This document shows, piece by piece, positions 10,581 to 18,675 of a DNA stretch of 64,000 nucleotides; the stretch's first letter is position 1; each line of letters opens with the position of its first letter. The stretch is from a virus. A program made the translations under genes and the position numbers. The notes under the pieces were generated by a model. The model was not told where the DNA came from. It did no database searches and was given only the letters and a program-made list of their open reading frames with translations. The stretch spans positions 30,453 to 94,452 of the IMG/VR virus record IMGVR_UViG_3300015263_000599. The stretch is one strand, 5' to 3'.

Positions 10581-11705
10581 ATGAAGCGAATTGCAATTTT
10601 TGGAATGTTGCTCGCTGTGACAACCCTCATCGGTTGCGGCGGCAACGACGGTGGCGATGCTGCCCCCGACAACAGCGGAGAACAGGCCAGCGGCCAAACC
10701 GGACAAACCAGCAACGACAGCTATCCAGCGTTTGTCCACACAGCGTCAGAGTATCCCTCGTGGTCAACCTTCATGGTGGCCGCAAAAGCAGGGCTCATCA
10801 ATCCCGAGCAGGGCGGTCAGCACGGCACTCTGGAAACCAAGTACGGCGTCGATGTCGTGCTTCAGGTGAAGGACTACGATCCGTGCATCACCCTCTATGC
10901 CAACGGCACCTGTGATTCAACGTGTATCACCAACATGGATGCCCTGAATCCCGCCATGGGACGCAAGACAACGATCATCATGCCGACCAGCACCTCAGCC
11001 GGTGCCGACAAGGTGATTGCTGTGGGCGCAACATCCATTGACGATCTGAAGGGATTGACCACCTACGGTCTGGCGAAGAGTGTCAGCCAATACTGCTTTG
11101 TGCGAGGTTTGCAGACGCAAGGTCTCAATCCGGCTGATTTCCAGTTCAAGAATCTCGATCCTGCCCCGGCTGCTACTGCTTTGCAGACTGGCAGCGGCGA
11201 CGTGAAGGCGATCTCTGTCTGGAATCCGTTTGCCCTTCAGACTCTCCGCACCAACAAGGACGCCAAGGAAATCTTCTCGTCCACGACGATCCCAGAAGAG
11301 ATCATCGACTGCGTGGTGATCGGCAATGATTCGTTGGAGAAGCCCAAGGGCAAGGAGTATGCTGCCTGCCTTTGCGAAATCTTCTATGAAGTCAACAAGC
11401 GTCTGAACTCTTCGGACAGCAGTGTCTCTGACGCCACACTGACGGCGTTGGGCGAAGACTTCTCGAAGCTACCTCTCGAAGACATGCGAATCGTCGTGCA
11501 GGAAACTCGATTCTACGGAACGCCTGCTGCCGGTATCGCTCTGTTCGAGAATCAGAAGTTCCAGACGCAGACCATGCCCACTGTGATCACGACATGCCAG
11601 CAGATCGGCGTGCTCGAAGAAGGACAGCAGCCTACTGTCGGCTTCAATGACGACAGCAAGCAACTCAACTTCACGACGGAGTTCATGCGTCAGGCATCTC
11701 AGTAA
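10581..11705 (+). CDS. NitT/TauT-type ABC substrate-binding lipoprotein
   Basis: Lipobox LIGC; STSAGAD, SIDDLKG, VWNPF, IPEEIIDCVV. Confidence 0.88.
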   Translation: MKRIAIFGMLLAVTTLIGCGGNDGGDAAPDNSGEQASGQTGQTSNDSYPAFVHTASEYPSWSTFMVAAKAGLINPEQGGQHGTLETKYGVDVVLQVKDYDPCITLYANGTCDSTCITNMDALNPAMGRKTTIIMPTSTSAGADKVIAVGATSIDDLKGLTTYGLAKSVSQYCFVRGLQTQGLNPADFQFKNLDPAPAATALQTGSGDVKAISVWNPFALQTLRTNKDAKEIFSSTTIPEEIIDCVVIGNDSLEKPKGKEYAACLCEIFYEVNKRLNSSDSSVSDATLTALGEDFSKLPLEDMRIVVQETRFYGTPAAGIALFENQKFQTQTMPTVITTCQQIGVLEEGQQPTVGFNDDSKQLNFTTEFMRQASQ

Positions 11706-11887
11706 GGGCCAATAGCTCAGCGGTAGAGCACTCGTTGATTTCGTGGAGTATGCGTGACCGAGCTTGGTAAGGTGCGTGATTCTTCACGGTACGGACTTAA
11801 AAAGCCGTGGGAAGTTCGAATCTTCTCGCCAATGCTGTGCGAAATCGATGAGAAGGGGGTGGGTTCGAGCCTCACCTTGGTCCACCA
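11706..11887 (+). ncRNA. Nested double tRNA-like RNA (outer tRNA shell with G3:U70 and CCA; anticodon arm replaced by a long helix carrying a second tRNA-like domain)
   Basis: Acceptor GGGCCAA/TTGGTCC-A-CCA; D arm GCTC-AGCGGTA-GAGC; T arm GTGGG-TTCGAGC-CTCAC; 14-bp helix 11731-11744/11839-11852; inner D-like arm and T arm GGAAG-TTCGAAT-CTTCT. Confidence 0.8.
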
Positions 11888-11893
11888 AACACC

Positions 11894-11929
11894 AAGCCCG
11901 TCCGTCCCAAGCGACGGGCGGGCTTTTTT
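11894..11929 (+). terminator. Rho-independent terminator
   Basis: AAGCCCGTCCGTC/GACGGGCGGGCTT hairpin plus T tract. Confidence 0.85.
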
Positions 11930-11991
11930 GCTAAACCCCTCTCCAAATTATCCTTACAATGCTGATGACCTCATAACGAAGGAAACCGGAT

Positions 11992-12939
11992 ATGTTGGGC
12001 GGCTTACTCGCAGGGATTGTTCTCATCCTTTTGGGATGGCTGCTCGTTGTGTTCAGCGGTTCTGGACGGATCAAGCAACATCTTACGACTCGCAGCAAAA
12101 TCATTTGGGGAGTCGCAGGTGTCTCTGTGCTGGCTGTGACCTATAGCTGGCTCTCTTTTCGCCAACACGAACGCAACCCCGACGACACCACGATTCCGAC
12201 ATTCAGTCAGTTGGCACATGGGTTCATGCGAACCGTCACGCCATCTTCCGACGACAAAGAGAACGCTTTACGAGTGGCCTTCGGCCAACCCACGCAAGAG
12301 AAAACTTTCTGGCAGAAAGTTCAATCGACTTGGCTCTATCAAGACTCTGTGGCGACTTATGGTCGTCTCATCAAAGGTCTAGTGTGGGGCTGCATGTTGT
12401 CCATTGTTCTCGGCACACTCATGGGATGCTACGAGTGGCTAGGGAGTTTCCTGTTGCCTCCGCTTGCTCTGCTTGCCAAGACGCCGGGGACAGCCATGCT
12501 GGCCGTCTTCTTTGTGATCGTCGGCACTGGCGAGCCAATGTTCATTACGATGATTGGCTTCGGGGTTCTCCCGACGCTGACACAAACGATCTACTTGGCG
12601 GCGAAGGACGATCTTCATAGAGAGCAGATCGATAAGGCATATACGCTCGGTGCGGACAACACTGAACTTGTATGCAATGTCGTGTTTCCTCAGATACTTC
12701 CGAAGGTGATCGACAGCGTGCGATTGCAAATCGGGCCAGCTATGGTATTCTTGATTGCCGCCGAAATGTTGGTCGGCGATGTCGGCATGGGATACCAAAT
12801 CCGAATGCAGCAAAGGCTGCAACAGATGAACATCGTTTACAACTACTTGTTCTTGCTAGGGATCACCGGTCTGCTTATGGATCAAGCCATGATTCGTCTG
12901 CGGCAATGGTTGTGCCCGTGGTTCGACATCAAAAGGTAG
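11992..12939 (+). CDS. ABC transporter permease (SsuC/TauC-like)
   Basis: Multiple TMs; EAA-like loop IDKAYTLGA, VVFPQILP, LIAAEML...GMGY. Confidence 0.92.
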   Translation: MLGGLLAGIVLILLGWLLVVFSGSGRIKQHLTTRSKIIWGVAGVSVLAVTYSWLSFRQHERNPDDTTIPTFSQLAHGFMRTVTPSSDDKENALRVAFGQPTQEKTFWQKVQSTWLYQDSVATYGRLIKGLVWGCMLSIVLGTLMGCYEWLGSFLLPPLALLAKTPGTAMLAVFFVIVGTGEPMFITMIGFGVLPTLTQTIYLAAKDDLHREQIDKAYTLGADNTELVCNVVFPQILPKVIDSVRLQIGPAMVFLIAAEMLVGDVGMGYQIRMQQRLQQMNIVYNYLFLLGITGLLMDQAMIRLRQWLCPWFDIKR

Positions 12940-12942
12940 GTC

Positions 12943-13905
12943 ATGTCGGTGAACAACATAGCGTTAAACATCAAAGGTGTCAGTCAGTGGTTCGGCGATA
13001 ACCGTGTGCTGTACGACATCAATCTGAAAATCGTGCAAGGTCAGTTCGTCGCACTCGTAGGAGAAAGCGGATGCGGAAAGAGCACTTTGCTTCGTGCCAT
13101 TCTCGGGACTCTCCCGCCCAAGGAAGGCACCATCGAAACTGACGGAATTCCCGTCACTGGCCCCAACCACAACGTCGGCGTCGTCTACCAGCATTACGAC
13201 TTGTATGATTGGATGACAGCCGAGAAGAACGTCGCCTTCGGCCCCATGCTGCATCAGACCAGCATTTGGAATCGCACGTTCGGGTTCTTGAAATGGATGA
13301 AGTTGCGAAAGCAACACTTGGCGCAAGCGAGGGACATGCTGACTCGCTTCCGACTTGGCAACGCATATGATCGCTATCCTGCCGAGCTTTCGGGCGGGAT
13401 GCAACAGCGGGTGGCGATTGCCCAAGCCCTCATCATGAAGCCGAAGATTTTGCTTCTTGACGAGCCCTTTGGGGCTTTGGATGAGGCGACCAGAGAGGAA
13501 CTGCAAGGGGTTCTTCTCATGCTCTATGCCGAAAACATGGAAGCTCGCAAGCGTGGTGAGATGCCGCCGTGGACGGTGATGATCATCACACATGAGCTTG
13601 ATGAAGCCTTCTATGTGTCTGATCGAGTGATAGGACTCTCTCGACAGTGGTATGAAGACACCGACACGGGCCGCAAGGAAGGCAAGGCGTGCGGTGCAAC
13701 TAAAGTCTGGGACAAATCCGCTCCCGTTTATCACCCTGACGATGAGCGTGACTTCAGCAGGTTCCACGATGCCAAGCTGGAGTTGCGAAGCAAGGTGATC
13801 AAAGCGGAGGCTCCCATGGAACGATCCGAACATGTCTCATTTTGGTCCGACCTAGAAAACGGAGTCGGATCAGGAGTCGCATTCACAAGGAGTCCTCATG
13901 TCTGA
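12943..13905 (+). CDS. ABC transporter ATP-binding protein (SsuB/TauB-like)
   Basis: Walker A GESGCGKST, LSGGMQQR, LLLDEPFGALD, ITHELDEA. Confidence 0.95.
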   Translation: MSVNNIALNIKGVSQWFGDNRVLYDINLKIVQGQFVALVGESGCGKSTLLRAILGTLPPKEGTIETDGIPVTGPNHNVGVVYQHYDLYDWMTAEKNVAFGPMLHQTSIWNRTFGFLKWMKLRKQHLAQARDMLTRFRLGNAYDRYPAELSGGMQQRVAIAQALIMKPKILLLDEPFGALDEATREELQGVLLMLYAENMEARKRGEMPPWTVMIITHELDEAFYVSDRVIGLSRQWYEDTDTGRKEGKACGATKVWDKSAPVYHPDDERDFSRFHDAKLELRSKVIKAEAPMERSEHVSFWSDLENGVGSGVAFTRSPHV

Positions 13906-14458
13906 TTCAGTCGCCACGCCCGAAAGTTCCCTCAAATCGTTCGCAGAATCGTGTGCGAATCTATTGGTGGAACTCAATGAGCGAGTCGTGTTCGCTGAAA
14001 GCTGCACGGGTGGAATGTTGAGTTCCACACTGGCCGGGGTTCCCGGCATTTCGAGTTACCACTGTGGTTCATTGGTGACTTATCGTCCAAATTCAAAGAG
14101 ACGCTGGTTGGGAGTCAACAAGTCCACCATCAACCAGTACACCACCGAAAGCAATGAAGTGGTGGAAGAGATGGCGTTGGGGGCTCTCAAGATGACTCCC
14201 GAGGCCAGTTGGTCGGTCGCCATCGTCGGACATCTGGGGCCAGATGCGCCCAAAGACAAGGACGGCCATGTGTGGATCGCCATTGGTCGTCGTTCACGGA
14301 AAGGCAACCTCAAGGTGAAGTCGATTTCCGAGCATGTCCTCGCTGGCACAGATCGCATTCTGCGTCAACGGGCTGCCACAGAGACCGCTCTCACCCTGTT
14401 TTCGAGAGCCTTGGTGAACAAGTCGAGCAAAGACAATGGCAAGCGTCGGACGGCTTAA
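13898..14458 (+). CDS. CinA C-terminal domain / NMN deamidase (PncC-like)
   Basis: AESCTGGML, GVPGISSY..GS.VTY, EMALGA, VWIAI. Confidence 0.88.
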   Translation: MSDSVATPESSLKSFAESCANLLVELNERVVFAESCTGGMLSSTLAGVPGISSYHCGSLVTYRPNSKRRWLGVNKSTINQYTTESNEVVEEMALGALKMTPEASWSVAIVGHLGPDAPKDKDGHVWIAIGRRSRKGNLKVKSISEHVLAGTDRILRQRAATETALTLFSRALVNKSSKDNGKRRTA

Positions 14459-14846
14459 AGAGATCGCCGAGCGGCAAATCCGCTCATGGCCTTTGTACGC
14501 CGACCGTCACAAAATTTGTGTTCGTGACATTGGGAACGGTGTCTGGCTGGGGTATCGAACATCCCCGTCCAACATCACCCATGGGACAAGCCATTTCGAT
14601 GTCAACATCATTGGCAATGTCTTCTATGTCCTGTCTATCGCCGTCGCCCCAGAGGGGCGTGGCAAGGGGCACGGAGCGGCCCTCTACAGGGTCTTAGAAG
14701 ACATCGCCTCGGAATGGGGTTGTCGAAGAGTCCAGATGACTCCCTCTGGATGTACATCAACTGGCGAAAGCCGAAAGGATTATCTGCTGCGACGAGGCTA
14801 CAAGCCCTACGGCGACAGCGAAGTGATAAAGGTGCTGCATGACTGA
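14436..14846 (+). CDS. GNAT-fold acetyltransferase
   Basis: IAVAPEGRGKGHGAALY motif A. Confidence 0.75.
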   Translation: MASVGRLKEIAERQIRSWPLYADRHKICVRDIGNGVWLGYRTSPSNITHGTSHFDVNIIGNVFYVLSIAVAPEGRGKGHGAALYRVLEDIASEWGCRRVQMTPSGCTSTGESRKDYLLRRGYKPYGDSEVIKVLHD

Positions 14847-15162
14847 GCAACGCAAACCCTTCACGCCCAAGCAGGCGGAAGACAAGAAGATCGAGGTCAT
14901 TCCCCCTCAAGTCATCGAGGCTTTCGAGGAACTGATCGTCGAGAATCTCAGAGGCGGCACCGCCACCATCAAACAAGATGATGTGGTCAATCGGATTCAC
15001 GAGAAGATGACAGGCGTGAAGACCCAAGAGATGTTCGACAAAGGATGGCTGGATGTCGAAGATCTCTTTCGCAAGGCTGGGTGGGAGGTCGAGTATGACA
15101 AACCCGGTTTCAATGAATCGTACCCGGCCACCTTCACCTTCTCGAAAAAGAGGAAACGATGA
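14839..15162 (+). CDS. Hypothetical phage protein
   Basis: Translationally coupled ORF; WLDVEDLFRKAGWEVEYDKPG. Confidence 0.75.
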   Translation: MTEQRKPFTPKQAEDKKIEVIPPQVIEAFEELIVENLRGGTATIKQDDVVNRIHEKMTGVKTQEMFDKGWLDVEDLFRKAGWEVEYDKPGFNESYPATFTFSKKRKR

Positions 15163-16130
15163 GTAAGGAAATCGCAATCGTCATCGGCTACAATGCTGCC
15201 GGGAAAAGTACACTCGTGCGAGAGTTCGAGCAGGACGGATATCATCGAATCAATCGTGACCTAACGGGCGGGACCATCGAGGCGCAGGTCGAGCTTGCTC
15301 GCAAAGCGTTAACGACCCATGACAGGGTTGTATTGGACAACACCTACCCCACGATTGAGAGTCGTGAGTCAATCGTGGCCCTCGGCCAACAAATGGGAAT
15401 TCCCGTTCGCTGCGTTTGGCTCACGACATCTTTTGAAGACGCCCAACTCAATGCTTGTCTTCGCATGATGGAGCAGAGAGATCAGCTTCTCATGCCAGAG
15501 GATTTCAAGAAAGAGAAGAGTCCCAATCTCTTCCCGCCTGTCGCCCTCTTCACCTACAAGAACAAGTTCGAGAACAAGAAGGGCGAGCAGAAGCATCCCG
15601 GCAAGCAAGACCCCAAGAAAGAACACGGGTTCTTTGTGGTCGAAAAACGCCCGTTCGTTCGCCAGTGGCCTGCGGAGTTCTGCAACAAGGCTTTGTTGCT
15701 CGACTACGACGATACGTTAAGGCGAAGCAAGGGCGATAAGAACTGGCCCGAGAAACCAGAAGATGTGGAGATCCTTCCGAACCGCAAAGAGGTTCTGGAC
15801 GAGTATGTGGCTAATGGATGGAGGTTGCTGGGCGTCAGCAATCAGTCGGCCATTGCCAAGGGTCTTAAACGAGAAGACGCCGTTGCGTGCTTCGAGCGGA
15901 CCAACGAACTTCTGGGGCACGACATCGAATACATGTTCTGTCCTCATCAAGTGCCGCCTGTGAATTGCTACTGTCGCAAACCACATCCGGGGATGGGAGC
16001 ACACTTCATCTGGAAGTATAAGTTGCTGCCGAGTGCTTGTATTATGGTCGGCGACCAAACTTCTGACAAAACATTTGCGTCCCGATGCGGATTCGTGTAT
16101 AAAGAAGCCGAAGAGTTCTTCGCTCTTTAA
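15159..16130 (+). CDS. Bifunctional polynucleotide kinase / HAD-IIIA phosphatase (PNKP-like)
   Basis: N-terminal GYNAAGKST, INRD, VLDNT; C-terminal LLDYDDTL, VSNQS, CRKPHPGM, MVGD...D. Confidence 0.88.
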   Translation: MSKEIAIVIGYNAAGKSTLVREFEQDGYHRINRDLTGGTIEAQVELARKALTTHDRVVLDNTYPTIESRESIVALGQQMGIPVRCVWLTTSFEDAQLNACLRMMEQRDQLLMPEDFKKEKSPNLFPPVALFTYKNKFENKKGEQKHPGKQDPKKEHGFFVVEKRPFVRQWPAEFCNKALLLDYDDTLRRSKGDKNWPEKPEDVEILPNRKEVLDEYVANGWRLLGVSNQSAIAKGLKREDAVACFERTNELLGHDIEYMFCPHQVPPVNCYCRKPHPGMGAHFIWKYKLLPSACIMVGDQTSDKTFASRCGFVYKEAEEFFAL

Positions 16131-16179
16131 CACGGGTCAGTCGTCAGGGATAAGACCTTTGCGCCGTTCAGGGATTCGG

Positions 16180-16203
16180 AAGGCGGGCTGGCCCGCCTTT
16201 TTT
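16180..16203 (+). terminator. Rho-independent terminator
   Basis: AAGGCGGGC/GCCCGCCTT plus T tract. Confidence 0.75.
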
Positions 16204-16216
16204 CATGGAGACTCGC

Positions 16217-16357
16217 ATGATTAAAGGAATCGTTGCACTTCTGGTGTTCATCGCCGTGGTCTGGGGAGCCAGCCACTTCTTGCACCTTTCCTACTTCTGG
16301 AGTCTCGTGATTGCTTTTGGCGGCGTTTTTGCTCTGCGATCTGTAAGGAAACGCTGA
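16217..16357 (+). CDS. Small two-TM membrane protein (46 aa, not in ORF track)
   Basis: GGAG RBS; MIKGIVALLVFIAVVWGASHFLHLSYFWSLVIAFGGVFALRSVRKR; TGA overlaps the ATG of the AAA ATPase. Confidence 0.7.
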   Translation: MIKGIVALLVFIAVVWGASHFLHLSYFWSLVIAFGGVFALRSVRKR

Positions 16358-18084
16358 TGGAATTCGTCGCCGAACTCAAGCGAATCATCAATAGCGGCCT
16401 GTCCCGCTCTATCATTCTCACAGGCAACATCTACGACATCTTCTTTGATGGCGAAGACTATGTGCCCGTGCTTAATCTTTTGGGCACAAAACTCAAAGCC
16501 GAGCCTAAAGAAGATCAGCGTGGCCTCACGCACATTGTATATGAACTCAACAACCCGATTGAGATCAGAGGGGAAGCTGCCCCCGGATCATATACGGGGG
16601 CCGATCTCCATGCGGCTTGGAACGTCATCCACTCGCCAGAGAAGAAGAAGCTGGCAGATCGACTCCTTGAGTCCAACGGCAACTCCACCTATGCTCTGGA
16701 ACTTCTCAGACAACTCTCAGAAGTCAATCGTCGCTCCAGTAAGACGAGGAACAACCTGCTGATCATGGTTGAGTCGGCAGACATGCTCATCCCAGACTGC
16801 GAGATCAGCCGGATGAACATGCAGGATCGCCGCCGTGTCGCCATCGTCTATGACTGGTTCTCCGATCCAAAGTTTCTCAATAACGGCGATACCGCCATCT
16901 TTCTCTCGGAGTCACGATCCAGCTTGCACCACAGAGTCGCACGGCTTCCGCAAGTTGTTTCGGTCGAGATTCCTCTGCCTGACATGGAATCTCGAAAGGC
17001 GTTCCTCAAGTGGTTCGCCAAGAAGAAGAACATCACCGGTCTGAAGTACGACGACATCGCCACAAAGACTTCTGGCCTGTCGCTGCACGCTCTGCGTCAA
17101 TTGGTGCTGACCGGAGAAATCTCAGATGAAGCCATCGCCAAGAAGGTCGAAGAGTACATGATCTCACAACTCGGCGAAGGCGTCGTCGAGTTCAAGCGTC
17201 CTAAGCATAAAATGAAGGATGTGATCGGGAACCACAGAATCAAACAGTTCATGAAGAACGAACTGATCCCCGGCTTCCTCGATGGAGAGATCAGCGGCGC
17301 AGCCGTAGGTGGTCCTATTGGTGGCGGTAAGACATTCATCTGTGAAGCCGTCGCTGCCGAACTGGGCGTACCTGTCATCACCTTGAAGAATATCCGCTCG
17401 AAGTGGTTTGGTGAGACAGACAAGATCTTCGAACGTCTGGAACGATTGCTGGAGTGTTTCCACAAGATCGTCATCTTCGTCGATGAGGCCGACACTCAGT
17501 TTGGTAGCATCGAGGGTGGACATGAGACCGAACGGCGGCTCACTGGTAAGATTCAAGCCATGATGAGCGATGTGCGACTCAAAGGCCAGATTGTCTGGTT
17601 CCTGATGACGGCACGCATCCATCTGTTGAGCCCAGACATTCGGCGACCGGGCCGCATGGATTTGATCATTCCTATTCTGGACCCAGAGGGCGATGATCGT
17701 AGAGAGTTTCTGGCGTGGGTTGGCGAGTCACTACCCAACACATCGCCGAACTTACCTGCGGACACAAAGAAGTTAGCCAGCATCGAACTGTTGGATCGGT
17801 TGATCCCTCAAAACGCATCTGCTGCCATGTTTGCCATGATCCGGGCTCGGATCAAACGCTGTGCCGACTATGAAGAAGTGAAGGCCGCAGTCCACGATAT
17901 GGTGTTGCCAGACATCGCTGAGGCCCGAGAATATCAGACCTTGCAGGCCAAGGTGAACTGCACTCGCAAGTCGCTTCTCTTTGACGAAGAGATGTTGGCG
18001 AAAATGGAAGACACACACTTCGAGGAGACTCGCAAGGGCTGGCGTGAACAAATCCAAAAGTTGGAACGGAAGGGGATAGCATGA
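16357..18084 (+). CDS. AAA+ ATPase (classical clade; degenerate N-terminal AAA plus active C-terminal AAA)
   Basis: Walker A GPIGGGKT, pore loop SKWFGET, Walker B IFVDEAD, SRH RRPGRMD. Confidence 0.88.
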   Translation: MEFVAELKRIINSGLSRSIILTGNIYDIFFDGEDYVPVLNLLGTKLKAEPKEDQRGLTHIVYELNNPIEIRGEAAPGSYTGADLHAAWNVIHSPEKKKLADRLLESNGNSTYALELLRQLSEVNRRSSKTRNNLLIMVESADMLIPDCEISRMNMQDRRRVAIVYDWFSDPKFLNNGDTAIFLSESRSSLHHRVARLPQVVSVEIPLPDMESRKAFLKWFAKKKNITGLKYDDIATKTSGLSLHALRQLVLTGEISDEAIAKKVEEYMISQLGEGVVEFKRPKHKMKDVIGNHRIKQFMKNELIPGFLDGEISGAAVGGPIGGGKTFICEAVAAELGVPVITLKNIRSKWFGETDKIFERLERLLECFHKIVIFVDEADTQFGSIEGGHETERRLTGKIQAMMSDVRLKGQIVWFLMTARIHLLSPDIRRPGRMDLIIPILDPEGDDRREFLAWVGESLPNTSPNLPADTKKLASIELLDRLIPQNASAAMFAMIRARIKRCADYEEVKAAVHDMVLPDIAEAREYQTLQAKVNCTRKSLLFDEEMLAKMEDTHFEETRKGWREQIQKLERKGIA

Positions 18085-18425
18085 GCGACGACGCAAAGGA
18101 CGCCATACCTGCCGGTTACTATCTCGAACAAGACAAACCCGGAAAGGTCTATCGAGCCTTCCGTCAAGGCCCGCCAATGCGGGTTACAGAATGTCAAGAT
18201 TGGGAACAAGGAGATGCCATCGTCGTCGAGTATGAGGACATGGTGAAGTTGATGGAACGTGACATGTTCAATGCAGATGTGGACCCCACCGTGCGAATCT
18301 GCTTGGCTGTCAGTGATGCCCGCTTTCTGGTCGTTGGCTTGATACAAGCTCTCGCTGGTGGCGGTGACGTTGTGGCAAAGAAACTGGAAGAAGCACTGAT
18401 TGAGGTCAGGGAAGATGACATCTGA
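18081..18425 (+). CDS. Hypothetical protein
   Basis: ATGA-coupled to upstream gene. Confidence 0.65.
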   Translation: MSDDAKDAIPAGYYLEQDKPGKVYRAFRQGPPMRVTECQDWEQGDAIVVEYEDMVKLMERDMFNADVDPTVRICLAVSDARFLVVGLIQALAGGGDVVAKKLEEALIEVREDDI

Positions 18426-18675
18426 ATTCACGAAAGCTCAAAAAGTTTGGCAGGGCTTGAAGTATTTGGAAAATCAAGCCGCCATGCTCACAGGACGAGT
18501 GGACATCTGCGCCGAGCATGACACAATCTACTCCATGATCAACTATGATCACCAGAATCCCACTGCGGAGCCAAAGGTTGCCGAGGTTCAACGGGACATG
18601 GTTGAGACCTTCGATTGGATGATTGACGAAGAAAACACATATACAGGCACACTGGCTTTCAAAATCTTCGTCTAG
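18415..18675 (+). CDS. Hypothetical protein
   Basis: Coupled ORF; ICAEHDTIY. Confidence 0.6.
   Translation: MTSEFTKAQKVWQGLKYLENQAAMLTGRVDICAEHDTIYSMINYDHQNPTAEPKVAEVQRDMVETFDWMIDEENTYTGTLAFKIFV

Noticed and set aside
11706-11887. Interpretation as canonical tmRNA or an intron-containing tRNA
   Set aside because: It has a full D arm (tmRNA lacks one), is too short, and shows no tag ORF or pseudoknots. The insert is too small for a group I intron and shows no clear bulge-helix-bulge.
11754-12146. 130-aa ORF overlapping the tRNA-like RNA
   Set aside because: Runs through the structured RNA and terminator, has no RBS or recognisable motif, and overlaps the permease start.
12964-13833. Long antisense ORFs (also 25683-26405, 30334-31134, 39180-39902, 47572-48459)
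   Set aside because: Shadows of well-supported plus-strand genes, caused by codon bias; no motifs.
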